A stretch of DNA of 64,000 bases, taken from the NCBI GenBank assembly GCA_963820525.1, contig CAWGAA010000003.1, positions 1,014,022-1,078,021 of the forward strand, in the 5' to 3' direction. The position numbers and the translations under genes were made by a program. Below, piece after piece: positions 30,878 through 39,966 of the stretch. The DNA is from an uncultured Spirochaetota bacterium (GTDB taxonomy: Bacteria > Spirochaetota > Spirochaetia > SZUA-6 > Fen-1364). Position 1 is the stretch's first letter, and every line of letters starts with the position of its first letter. The notes beneath the pieces were generated by a model. It did not search any database, had not been told where the DNA came from, and saw only the letters and a list, made by a program, of their open reading frames with translations.

Positions 30878-31462
30878 TCACTCCTTCCCGGAGAAGGGGG
30901 GATACTGGTCGGTGAAGTATCCCAGGTACAAGCCTACACGCGTGATCCAGCGCAGAGTGCCGACGTTGAAGGCGTGCCAGCGCGCGGGATACCTGCCGGC
31001 AAAGAGGACCGCCCACCAGGCCAGGAAAGCCAGAAACTCGGTGGCGATCAGCCGGAAGAACAGGCAGAATCCGTGCGGGATGCCCACGTAGAACGCGCCG
31101 AAGATAAGACGGAGCAGCACCAGCCCCCTGCTCACCTTCTCTGGCCGGGGGACTTCGAGGGAAACCTTGTCGCTCTTCCCCTTGGGGAAGAATGCGGGGT
31201 ATCCGTCCACCAGGTTGAAGAAGGTGGCGTTCAACCTCTGGCCCCAGTTGTTGAAGCCGATCTGGAAGTTGAAGAAGCTCTCCGGGAACCTGCCGGTGAA
31301 GAGGACCACCCAGAAAGTGAGGAACGCGATGACGGCGGACCAGATGGCGACGAAGAAATAGAGAAAGAAATGGGGGATGCCGATGTAGAGCCATCCGAAA
31401 AGGGTGCGCAGGATGAGCTGTCCGCGTGAGTACTTGTCCTGATGGGTAATGGTAAGTTTCAT
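30878..31462 (-). CDS. DUF4389-like membrane protein (two internal repeats)
   Basis: Repeated SRG..L......IPH, LFTGRFP/LFAGRYP, DGYPAF/DQYPPF. Confidence 0.8.
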   Translation of the reverse strand: MKLTITHQDKYSRGQLILRTLFGWLYIGIPHFFLYFFVAIWSAVIAFLTFWVVLFTGRFPESFFNFQIGFNNWGQRLNATFFNLVDGYPAFFPKGKSDKVSLEVPRPEKVSRGLVLLRLIFGAFYVGIPHGFCLFFRLIATEFLAFLAWWAVLFAGRYPARWHAFNVGTLRWITRVGLYLGYFTDQYPPFSGKE

Positions 31463-31606
31463 AGCACCTCCTTATTGGCAAGGATTATAAGCCTGCCGGG
31501 GGCGAAATTCAAACTGTTTTTGTCAGCTTCTCGCAAGCGTTCGTCGCCGCCCGACACAAAGCGTGCCAACTTTCGGGGAAAGGAAGTCGGGCCGTTTCCG
31601 GCAAGC

Positions 31607-32710
31607 TCACTCGTCCAGGAGGCCCTCACGGAGGCCCAGGGGCAGGGGCGCCGGCCTCTCGCAGGCGCTCTGCACCTTGATATGCTTCTGCAGCCTGGAT
31701 GCCTCGTAGATGCAGTGCATCAGGTCGAGAACGTGGAAGGCCAGCTCACCGCTTGCCCTGTGCGGCCGGCCGCTCCGCAGGGCGTAGGCCATGTCCGCCA
31801 CGCCGATGCTCCGCGCAAGCTCCGCATGGGGATGGGAAAGCGGGATGTCGGTCCAGTCCCTGGCGTCGGCGCGTTTCACCCGCGGAGTCCCGCCGGGGAA
31901 GTTCGGGTCCGGGACGCTCAGGGTCCCCTCGGATCCGTAGATCTCGATGCGGGGAAGCTCGGCCGCCCAGACGTCGAAGCTCATGACGATCGTTGCCACG
32001 ACTCCCGAGGCGAAGTCCATCACCCCGGCGACGTGCGTCGGAACCTCCACGGTGATTTTCTGGCCTCTCTTGGCGGGGCTGCCGATGATCCTTTCGGCAA
32101 AGCTTATCCGGGCGGATCCCGTCACGCGCGCCACGGGCCCCAGAAGCGCAACCAGCGCCGTGAGGTAGTACGGCCCCATGTCGAACATCGGGCCGCCCCC
32201 TTTTTTGTAGAAGAACTCGGGATTGGGGTGCCATGATTCCGGGCCGTGGCCGGTCATGAACGCCGCGGCGGCCACAGGTTTTCCGATCCAGCCGTCGTCG
32301 ATCAGCTTCCGGCAGGTCTGATGGGCGGCGCCCAGGAAGGTGTCGGGGGCGCATCCGACGAGGACCCCCTTCGCCTTGGCCTCGGCCAGCAGCTTCCTCG
32401 CCTCCTCCCGCTCCACGGCCAGCGGCTTCTCGTTCCACACGCTCTTTCCCGCCTTGACGGCCGCCATGGCCACCTCGGAGTGCGCCCGGGGCACCGTGAG
32501 GTTGACCACGATCTCGATTTCGGGATCCGAGAGCAGCTCCTCCACGCTCACGGCGCGCGGGATGCCGAACTCGGCAGCCCTCGCCTTCGCCTTTTCTCCG
32601 ACGATGTCGGCAAGTGCAACTGTCTGGAGGACCTCGAACCTCGCGCAGTTCTTCAGGTACATTGCGCTCACGTCCCCGCAGCCGATGATGCCGATGTGCG
32701 TCTTCTTCAC
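31607..32710 (-). CDS. Gfo/Idh/MocA family oxidoreductase
   Basis: IGIIGCG, NEKP, CAPDTFLG, GGGPMFDMGPYY; GTG start at 32710. Confidence 0.92.
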   Translation of the reverse strand: MKKTHIGIIGCGDVSAMYLKNCARFEVLQTVALADIVGEKAKARAAEFGIPRAVSVEELLSDPEIEIVVNLTVPRAHSEVAMAAVKAGKSVWNEKPLAVEREEARKLLAEAKAKGVLVGCAPDTFLGAAHQTCRKLIDDGWIGKPVAAAAFMTGHGPESWHPNPEFFYKKGGGPMFDMGPYYLTALVALLGPVARVTGSARISFAERIIGSPAKRGQKITVEVPTHVAGVMDFASGVVATIVMSFDVWAAELPRIEIYGSEGTLSVPDPNFPGGTPRVKRADARDWTDIPLSHPHAELARSIGVADMAYALRSGRPHRASGELAFHVLDLMHCIYEASRLQKHIKVQSACERPAPLPLGLREGLLDE

Positions 32711-32822
32711 GCTCGAAGTATACCAGAGCGGCAGGCGAGGAGCAAATCTCAGGACCAGGAAGCGGTGAGCATTCTTGCCTTTCCGGCGGCCCGCCGATAG
32801 ATTCTGTCGTACGGAGACATTC

Positions 32823-34121
32823 ATGAGCCCTCGGACGATCCTCGTCCTGTATATCCTCTTCTTCTTTCTGGAGCTGGCGTGGGAGTCCCTCCTCAGCCTG
32901 CTCAACCTTCAGAACGTGCGGCGAAGCGCGGCAAGCGTCCCGCCGGCGTTCGTCGGCGCAATAGAGCCCGAGACATACGGGAAATCGGTGGCCTACACCC
33001 TCACCCACGGCCGCTTCGGCATCCTCGCCTCGCTCGCCTCCTCGGCGATCCTGCTCGCCGTCGTTCTCACCGGCTCGCTGGGCGTTCTCGACACCCTGGC
33101 GCGCTCGCTGCCCATCCACCCCTACCTCCAGGGGATCCTTTTCATCCTCGGGGTTTCGCTCTTCTTCTGGCTGGTCTCCCTCCCCCTGAGCCTGTATTCC
33201 ACGTTCGGCATCGAGGCGCGCTTCGGATTCAACAGGATGACCCCGAGGCTGTACGCGCTCGATACCCTGAAGAGCCTGGCCGTCTCCGCCGTCATCGGGG
33301 CGCCCGTGCTGATCGCGCTGTTCTGGTTCATGGACAAGACGGGAAGACTCTGGTGGATCTGGGCGTTCTGCGCCATGACGGCCTTCCAGCTCGTCATGGG
33401 CATCCTCTACCCGCTCGCGATCGCCCCGCTGTTCAACAAGTTCACCCCCCTGCCGGAGGGATCCCTCAGGAACCGGATCGTCGAGCTGGCCGAAAGGCTT
33501 CGATTCCGCACAAAGGGGATATTCGTCATGGACGGCAGCAGGAGGTCGCGCCACAGCAATGCCTACTTCACGGGGATCGGCAGATCGAAGCGGATCGTGC
33601 TCTTCGACACCCTGGTGAACGCAATGAGCGAGGATGAGATCGTCTCGGTCCTCGCCCATGAGATCGGGCACGAAAAAAAACACCATGTGAGGATCGGGCT
33701 CGCCGTGTCCCTTGTCATGTCGCTTGCCGGCTTCTGGGTCGTGAGCCTGCTTCTTCCCTTCTTCCCCCTCTACCAGGCCTTCGGCTTCCAGAAAGCGAGC
33801 TACCATGCCATCCTCGTTCTGCTCGCGTTCTGCTCGGGGCCTTTCACCTTCTTCCTCAAGCCCCTGGGCTCGATCTGGTCGCGCAGGCACGAGTACCAGG
33901 CCGACCGCTTCGCCGTGGAAGCCGTGGGAAACGCCGAGGGATTGAAGTCGGCGCTGATGCGGCTGACAAAGGAAAACCTGGCCAACCTCACTCCGCATCC
34001 GCTGTACAGCTTCTACCATTATTCCCATCCCACGATCGCGGAAAGGCTCGCGGCGCTGGACCGCCACCAGGAGAGAATCCTCGCAGCGCCGAAGGAGGCG
34101 GGCGCGGAGACCGCGGGATGA
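32823..34121 (+). CDS. M48 family Ste24-like membrane endopeptidase
   Basis: RFGFNR, DGSRRSRHSNAYFTG, RIVLFDTL, HEIGH, EYQAD, YSHP. Confidence 0.92.
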   Translation: MSPRTILVLYILFFFLELAWESLLSLLNLQNVRRSAASVPPAFVGAIEPETYGKSVAYTLTHGRFGILASLASSAILLAVVLTGSLGVLDTLARSLPIHPYLQGILFILGVSLFFWLVSLPLSLYSTFGIEARFGFNRMTPRLYALDTLKSLAVSAVIGAPVLIALFWFMDKTGRLWWIWAFCAMTAFQLVMGILYPLAIAPLFNKFTPLPEGSLRNRIVELAERLRFRTKGIFVMDGSRRSRHSNAYFTGIGRSKRIVLFDTLVNAMSEDEIVSVLAHEIGHEKKHHVRIGLAVSLVMSLAGFWVVSLLLPFFPLYQAFGFQKASYHAILVLLAFCSGPFTFFLKPLGSIWSRRHEYQADRFAVEAVGNAEGLKSALMRLTKENLANLTPHPLYSFYHYSHPTIAERLAALDRHQERILAAPKEAGAETAG

Positions 34122-34142
34122 GCGCGCCCAAGTGAGGAAAAC

Positions 34143-34705
34143 GTGAGCGCAGCCGACGGTGTTGTGTGGGACCTGAAGGACCTCTACTCCCCGCCGGCGG
34201 ACCCCCGCATCGAAACGGACGCCGACGAAGCCGAGCGCCGGGCCGCGGAGGCCAGTTCGCGACGATCTTCCGCCAGGTGGCCATGAATCGTTTCGAGCAT
34301 GCCATCCACGGCGCGCGCCGGACCGAGGGCGAGCTCACCACGGAGAGGTTCTCCGCCCTGTGGATGGACACCCAGAGGGCGATGTTCGCCGACAGCGTGA
34401 CGTTGGGACGGGACTACGGGATCTGGTGGAGCTATATCCACCATTTCCTTTTCGCTCCCGGTTATGTCTACGCCTACGCCTTCGGGGAGCTCCTGGTGCG
34501 GGCGCTCTACAGCCGCTACCGCGCCTCAGGCGGGGGCTTCCCCGAGAGATACCTGGCCATGCTCGCCGCCGGCGGCTCCCAGTGGCCGCACCTGATGGTG
34601 GCGCCGCTGGGAGTCGACCTCAGGGACCCCGGATTCTGGAAACAAGGCCTGGGTCTTCTCGAAGAAATGGTCGGACGGGCGGAGGAGCTCGCGGCCGCGC
34701 GGTAA
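34143..34705 (+). pseudogene. M3 oligoendopeptidase F remnant (central region deleted, frameshifted junction)
   Basis: GTG 34143 MSAADGVVWDLKDLY...; at about 34250 switches frame to the C-terminal FRQVAMNRFE...WSYIHHF..PGYVYAYAFG; HEXXH absent. Confidence 0.8.
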
Positions 34706-34831
34706 AAGCCGCCGGGAGTGATTTTCGCCCGCATCTTGCTTTTTTCCGAAAACTCAGTAGGATTATGCGGGGAATGGATCCGGCCGGGATTGGCAGGCGC
34801 CGGTACACATGCAATTAGAAAGGAGCAGCCC

Positions 34832-35110
34832 ATGGCAAGGAATTATCTGATCTTCTTTTTCGGTCTTGTCATCATTTTCGCCTTCAGCTTCTTCTTCTGC
34901 TTCGAGGGCATCTACGCCCAGAGCCTCATGGCGGGAGTTCTCGCAATCATCGGCTTCGCCGCGGCCCTGATCATCTCCCTTGTGATCGGAATCGCCAGCC
35001 GCGAGGAGGGGGGCTCCCTCTACGTCTGGTTCTTCGCCGTCTCGATCGTCACGGCCATCGTCTTCATCTGGTACCTGAGCCGGGCCGGGACGCTCCTGCA
35101 GATCTGGTGA
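34832..35110 (+). CDS. Small hypothetical membrane protein (3 TM)
   Basis: AAGGAG RBS, hydrophobic 92-aa ORF, terminator downstream. Confidence 0.7.
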   Translation: MARNYLIFFFGLVIIFAFSFFFCFEGIYAQSLMAGVLAIIGFAAALIISLVIGIASREEGGSLYVWFFAVSIVTAIVFIWYLSRAGTLLQIW

Positions 35111-35127
35111 GATCCTCACTCTGCAAG

Positions 35128-35160
35128 AAAACCCCTGGCCGCTCGCCAGGGGTTTTTTTT
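35128..35160 (+). terminator. Rho-independent terminator (possibly bidirectional)
   Basis: AAAACCCCTGGC-N5-GCCAGGGGTTTTTTTT. Confidence 0.85.
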
Positions 35161-35182
35161 ATCGCCGGGCGGTGAGCAGCCG

Positions 35183-35566
35183 ATGAAACGAGCGATGAAG
35201 GAGCTGGCGCGCTCCATTCCCGTGAGCCTGCTCTCCTTCGGCCTCGATTTCGCCCTCCTCGTGCTTCTCACCGAAGTCTTTCACGTCCCCTACCTCGTTT
35301 CCGCGGCCTTCTCCTTCCTCCTCGGGGTCACGGCGAGCTACGTCCTGAGCATCCTCTGGGTTTTCGGCGCGCGGCGGATGCCCTCCCGGGCGGCCGAGTA
35401 CGGGCTGTTCGTCTTCGTGGGCCTGGTGGGGCTGGGCTTGAACGAAGCGCTCCTGTGGCTGTTCACCGAGCCTCTCGGCCTGTATTACATGCTGTCCAAG
35501 TGCGCCGCCGGCGGCCTGGTCTTCTTCTGGAACTTCGGGACGCGGAAGCTCATCCTCTTTCGCTGA
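35183..35566 (+). CDS. GtrA family protein
   Basis: Four TMs; SYVLS..WVF, VFFWNF..RKLILF. Confidence 0.85.
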   Translation: MKRAMKELARSIPVSLLSFGLDFALLVLLTEVFHVPYLVSAAFSFLLGVTASYVLSILWVFGARRMPSRAAEYGLFVFVGLVGLGLNEALLWLFTEPLGLYYMLSKCAAGGLVFFWNFGTRKLILFR

Positions 35567-35660
35567 TGCGCCGCGGGAATACGGGCCCCGCATATTGAAG
35601 TTTCTCGACAACCGCGTCAAAGCCCAGGGGAAGAAGGCGGACAAATAGGCGGCCTGCTCA

Positions 35661-36356
35661 TCAGAACAGGTATCCCATCCCCATGATGCGGTAGAGCTGG
35701 CCGGAAAGCCATCTCGGCGGATGCGGCCCGGGCTCCGCGACGCGCATGGGCGAGTTCACAACCTTCGTTCGGCCCCACTGCTCCCGCTGGAACGTCCCGG
35801 GTTCCAGCAGGTTCATGTACTCGATGACGATTCCCTTTCGAAGGTGGTGATGGACGTAGGATATCGTTCCGTCATTGGCGATGGACACCACCATCCCCAC
35901 GTGCGTCAGCGGATCGTCCCACCTTCCGTCGCCGTCCTGGTCGTACGTGTCGTCCCAGAACACGATGTCGCCGGACAGGGGAGAGCGCGTGTCGTAGAGA
36001 AGATTCTCGCTGTCGAGAGACCGAAAGATTCGGGTCACGCCGTTTCCGCCGTACTTTCCGAAATCCCGCGCCAGGTCGATCCCCGCGTACCAGTAGATGG
36101 CGAGCACGGTCCCCGTGCAATCATACGTGAAGCGTTTGCCCCGCACCACGAGCTCCCGCTTTCCCGCCACGTAGTTGGCGCCTTCCACCAGCCGGGCGCG
36201 CAGGGCGACAACCTCCGGGTCTCGCGAGGCCCTGGCGGGAGTTCTGGAATCGAGCGCCCGAAAGGTAGCGCATGAGCCGAGCGCCGCGGCGACACCCAGG
36301 AGCAGGAGGGCACGATGGGTAGTTCTTGGAGTTTTCCGAGAGACCCCGGCCCCCAT
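35661..36356 (-). CDS. NlpC/P60 (CHAP-like) lipoprotein, putative peptidoglycan endopeptidase
   Basis: Lipobox ALGSC; YDCTG, GDIVFWD, THVGMV catalytic motifs. Confidence 0.75.
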   Translation of the reverse strand: MGAGVSRKTPRTTHRALLLLGVAAALGSCATFRALDSRTPARASRDPEVVALRARLVEGANYVAGKRELVVRGKRFTYDCTGTVLAIYWYAGIDLARDFGKYGGNGVTRIFRSLDSENLLYDTRSPLSGDIVFWDDTYDQDGDGRWDDPLTHVGMVVSIANDGTISYVHHHLRKGIVIEYMNLLEPGTFQREQWGRTKVVNSPMRVAEPGPHPPRWLSGQLYRIMGMGYLF

Positions 36357-36361
36357 GGGGC

Positions 36362-37237
36362 TTAGGGCGAAGCCCCGTCCGGGGGCGCGGCGGAAGCCGC
36401 CACGGGCTCCTTTTCCTTCTTCTTGGGGTGGTACTTGCCCGACACGCTGATGATGGAAGACTGGGGGCACTTCTCCACGCAGGTTCCGCACTGGGTGCAC
36501 TTGTCGAAGTCGATCACGGCCAGGTAGTCGATGACGTGGATGGCGTCATCGGGGCAGTTCTTCTCGCAGATCTTGCAGCCCGTGCAGGCGATGGGGCAGA
36601 CCTGGCGGGCACGGTTGGCCCGGTCGTGATTCTTGCAGGCCACCAGGACGTCCTGGCTCTTGGGGATCATGGAGATGAGCCCGCGCGGGCAGGCGGCCAC
36701 GCACTTCTTGCAGCTCTTGCACTTCAGGCGGTCCACCACGGCCAGGCCTTCCCCGTTGACATGGATGGCGTCGAAGGGACAGACCCGCACGCAGCTTCCC
36801 AGCCCCAGGCAGCCCCACGCGCAGGCCTTGTCTCCGCCGAACAGGATGTTGGCGGCCTGGCAGGTGTCCACCCCCTCGTACTCGAAGTTCATGACGGCGG
36901 TGCTGCGCCCCGCGCGGCAGGCGACGAAGGCCACCAGCTCCGTCTGCGGCTCCAGGGAAACGCCGAGGATCTCGGCCACCCTCCTGGCCGTGGAGTTTCC
37001 GCCGGCCACGCATGCGTCCGCCTCCGCCTTTCCCGAGGCTATGGCCTCGGCCAGGCTCAAGCAGCCCGCGAAGCCGCAGGCCCCGCAGTTGGACCCCGGC
37101 AGGGCCGAAAGAACGCAGTCCACCTTCGGGTCCACCTGAACCGCGAACTTCTTGAAGGAGAAGGCGAGCAGAGTGGCGAAGGCGGCGCCCAGAAGACCCA
37201 GGGCGAGGATGGGTACGAGGAGGATGAGGACGCTCAT
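36362..37237 (-). CDS. rnfB: Rnf electron transport complex subunit B
   Basis: LPGSNCGACGFAGC, CLGLGSCVRVCPFDAI and further ferredoxin motifs. Confidence 0.93.
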   Translation of the reverse strand: MSVLILLVPILALGLLGAAFATLLAFSFKKFAVQVDPKVDCVLSALPGSNCGACGFAGCLSLAEAIASGKAEADACVAGGNSTARRVAEILGVSLEPQTELVAFVACRAGRSTAVMNFEYEGVDTCQAANILFGGDKACAWGCLGLGSCVRVCPFDAIHVNGEGLAVVDRLKCKSCKKCVAACPRGLISMIPKSQDVLVACKNHDRANRARQVCPIACTGCKICEKNCPDDAIHVIDYLAVIDFDKCTQCGTCVEKCPQSSIISVSGKYHPKKKEKEPVAASAAPPDGASP

Positions 37238-37827
37238 AGGCCGAACAACCCCTTGAAACCGAGGAATGCGAGAGACATCAGGCTCGCCGTGATGAAGGCG
37301 ATGGGATATCCCTGGAAGGACTTCGGTATGGGCGCCAGCGCAATCCTGTCCCGGATGGCGGCGAACATCACGATGGAAAAGAAATAGCCGGCGCCGACGC
37401 CGACCGTGTAGACCAGGCTTTTGATGAAGTCCAGGTTGTAGTCGATGATCAGGAAGGCCGCCGCCAGCACCGCGCAGTTCACCACGATGAGCGGCAGGTA
37501 GATTCCCATGGCCCTGTAGAGGGCGGGGAACATCTTCCTGATGAACATCTCCTCGAGCTGGACGAAGGTGGCGATGGTGAGGATGAACGCCGCCGTCCGC
37601 AGGTACAAGAGGTCGAAGGGGATCAGGATGAAGTGGTAGACCACCCAGGAGACGCTGGAGGCCATGACCATGACGAAGATGACGGCCATTCCCATCCCGA
37701 AGGATGTCTGGATGTTGTTGGAGATCCCGAAGAACGAGCACAGGGCGATGAAGCGGATGAGCAGGATGTTGTTCACGATCATCGCGCTCAGGAAGATGAG
37801 GAAGAGGCCCATGTCGTTTGATATCAT
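37234..37827 (-). CDS. rnfA: Rnf complex subunit A
   Basis: NNILL..FIALCSFFG, GIYLPLIVVNCAVL. Confidence 0.92.
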   Translation of the reverse strand: MISNDMGLFLIFLSAMIVNNILLIRFIALCSFFGISNNIQTSFGMGMAVIFVMVMASSVSWVVYHFILIPFDLLYLRTAAFILTIATFVQLEEMFIRKMFPALYRAMGIYLPLIVVNCAVLAAAFLIIDYNLDFIKSLVYTVGVGAGYFFSIVMFAAIRDRIALAPIPKSFQGYPIAFITASLMSLAFLGFKGLFGL

Positions 37828-37840
37828 CGCTTTCCAGCTC

Positions 37841-38446
37841 CTACTTGCCCGCGATCCGCTTCTGCAGCGCTATGAGGAACCCGATCACCAGGAACGCCCC
37901 CGGGGGCAGGACCATGATGAGGAACTGGGGGTACCAGGCTCCCAGCACGGGGAAGTTGAATAGCGCGCCGGTGCCCAGAAGCTCGCGGATCGCCCCGATC
38001 AGCGTTATCACCACGGTGAACCCGATGCTCATGCCGATTCCATCCATCAGGGAGGCGGCCGTCCCGTTCTTGCTGGCGAACGCCTCCGCCCTTCCCATCA
38101 CGATGCAGTTCACCACGATCAGGGGGACGAACACGCCGAGGGATCGCGAGAGGGAAGGCGTGTAGGCCTTCATGGCGTAGTCCACGATGGTGACAAAGGT
38201 TGAAATGACCGTGATGAACACGGGGATGCGGATCTGGTTCGGCGTGATCTTTCGAATAAGGGAGATGACGATATTGGAGCCGATCATCACGAAGGTGAAG
38301 GCGGCTCCCATTCCCAGGGCGTCGGTCGCGTTCGTGGAGCATGCGAGGGTTGCGCAGAGGCCGAGCATGATGATGAGGATGGGGTTCTCCCTGAAGAGGC
38401 CCTTGGTGAGCTCCTGGAAGAGCGGGGTTTTTTGCTTCATCTCCAT
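37841..38446 (-). CDS. rnfE: Rnf complex subunit E
   Basis: ENP....LGLC, PLIVVNCIVMGRAEAFA, LPPGAF. Confidence 0.93.
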   Translation of the reverse strand: MEMKQKTPLFQELTKGLFRENPILIIMLGLCATLACSTNATDALGMGAAFTFVMIGSNIVISLIRKITPNQIRIPVFITVISTFVTIVDYAMKAYTPSLSRSLGVFVPLIVVNCIVMGRAEAFASKNGTAASLMDGIGMSIGFTVVITLIGAIRELLGTGALFNFPVLGAWYPQFLIMVLPPGAFLVIGFLIALQKRIAGK

Positions 38447-38447
38447 G

Positions 38448-38981
38448 TCAGTTGCCTCCCGGGACGGCGGCCGAGTCCATCGCGGCGCGGATGGCCTTGG
38501 TCACGGCGCGCGAGGAAATAGTGGCCGCTGAAATGGCGTCGATCGCGCCATTGGAGGGGTCGTCCTTTTTCAGGGCAACCTGAGCGCGCGCCTTCCCCTT
38601 GTATTGATCGAGGAACTTGTCCGTCGTGATCTTGGCGCCGAGCCCGGGGGTCTCCGTGTGGGAAAGCACCTGGACCCCGGTCAGAACGCCCTGCGCGTCC
38701 ATTCCGAAGATGATCTCGATCGGGCCGGAATAGCCCTGGATGGTGGTCAGGAAGACCGACCCGATCTTCCCTCCCGCCTTCACGGCATCCCAGGTCTTGC
38801 CCGGCGTGGTCTCCGCAAAGCTCTCCGCCTCCGGAAACACCCGTTTGAGCGCCTCCATTTTTTCGATTCGCGCGAACTCTGCAATCCGATCCCTGGTGCC
38901 CGCGTTCACGAAGGCAAGGCTTCCCGCCGCGATACCGCACACCAGGAAAAGGATCAGCACCAGCTTCAAAGCGTCCTTCAC
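38448..38981 (-). CDS. rnfG: Rnf complex subunit G
   Basis: GYSGPI, HTETPGLG, DAISAATISS FMN site; GTG 38981. Confidence 0.9.
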   Translation of the reverse strand: MKDALKLVLILFLVCGIAAGSLAFVNAGTRDRIAEFARIEKMEALKRVFPEAESFAETTPGKTWDAVKAGGKIGSVFLTTIQGYSGPIEIIFGMDAQGVLTGVQVLSHTETPGLGAKITTDKFLDQYKGKARAQVALKKDDPSNGAIDAISAATISSRAVTKAIRAAMDSAAVPGGN

Positions 38982-39952
38982 TTTGCGCCCCCTTTGATCG
39001 CGCCGGAAACGCCGAAGCGCCGGGGGCGCACGTAGCTTTCGATCAGGGGCGTGAGGCAGTTCATGAAGAGGATGGCGTAGCACACACCCTCGGGAAAGCC
39101 GCCGTAAAGCCGGATGAGGAACGTGATTATTCCGCACCCCGCCCCGAAGATCAGCCTCCCGTTTGCCGTGGTGGGGGAGGTCACGTAGTCGGTGGCCATG
39201 AAGAAGGCTCCAAGGATCAGGCCGCCGGAGAGCACTTCGAACAGGGGATCCCGACCCACAATGAAGGAGAGAAGCGCCATGGTAGCGATGAATGTGGTTG
39301 GAATTCTCCAGTTGACGATGCCGCGAATCAAAAGGAATGCGGCGCCGAGGAGGAGCGCGATCTTGCAGGTCTCTCCCAGGGAGCCGGGAACGGTGCCCAA
39401 GAGCAGGTCCAGGTATTTGTAGGGAACGTGCGCGGCGATACCGCTTCGCGCCGCTTCCTTGACGATTCCAAGGGCGGAGGCCGCGCTCACCGCGTCGGCT
39501 CCGCCGAAGGAGAGCACGGGGCTCGCCCAGGCCGTCATGGCCACGGGAAAGGAGGAGAGAAGGATCGCGCGCGCAGCCAGGGCGGGATTGAAGATGTTGT
39601 ATCCCAGTCCGCCGAAGAGCTGTTTGACCAGGAACACGGCGAGGAAGGCGCCCAGGCCGATCATCCACAGCGGGGTTTGAGGCGGGACCGTGAAGGCCAG
39701 GAGCACGCCCGTGATCACCGCGCTCCCGTCTCCAATCGTGATCTCCCGCTTGAACACGAGCTGGCTCAGGACCTCCGTCAGAAGGGAGACCGCCATGGAG
39801 ACCGCGATCACCAGCGCCGCTCTCCATCCGAAGAGGAAGACGGCCGCGATCGCGGCGGGAAGCAGGGCGAGGTTGACCTCCCACATCACCTTGGCGGCGT
39901 TCTCCCGCACGCGAAGGTGGGGCGATACGGACACGATGAGCTTGTTGCGCAT
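38978..39952 (-). CDS. rnfD: Rnf complex subunit D
   Basis: SPH, KQLFGGLGYNIFNPA, GSLGET, FFMATDYVTSP. Confidence 0.93.
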   Translation of the reverse strand: MRNKLIVSVSPHLRVRENAAKVMWEVNLALLPAAIAAVFLFGWRAALVIAVSMAVSLLTEVLSQLVFKREITIGDGSAVITGVLLAFTVPPQTPLWMIGLGAFLAVFLVKQLFGGLGYNIFNPALAARAILLSSFPVAMTAWASPVLSFGGADAVSAASALGIVKEAARSGIAAHVPYKYLDLLLGTVPGSLGETCKIALLLGAAFLLIRGIVNWRIPTTFIATMALLSFIVGRDPLFEVLSGGLILGAFFMATDYVTSPTTANGRLIFGAGCGIITFLIRLYGGFPEGVCYAILFMNCLTPLIESYVRPRRFGVSGAIKGGAK

Positions 39953-39966
39953 GGAGGTCGCCCTTC

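Noticed and set aside
31746..34067. 773-aa minus-strand ORF and similar long ORFs (11022-12704, 16320-18101, 55776-57359, 57667-59226)
   Set aside because: Off-frame or antisense shadows of real genes, expected with high GC3 codon bias.
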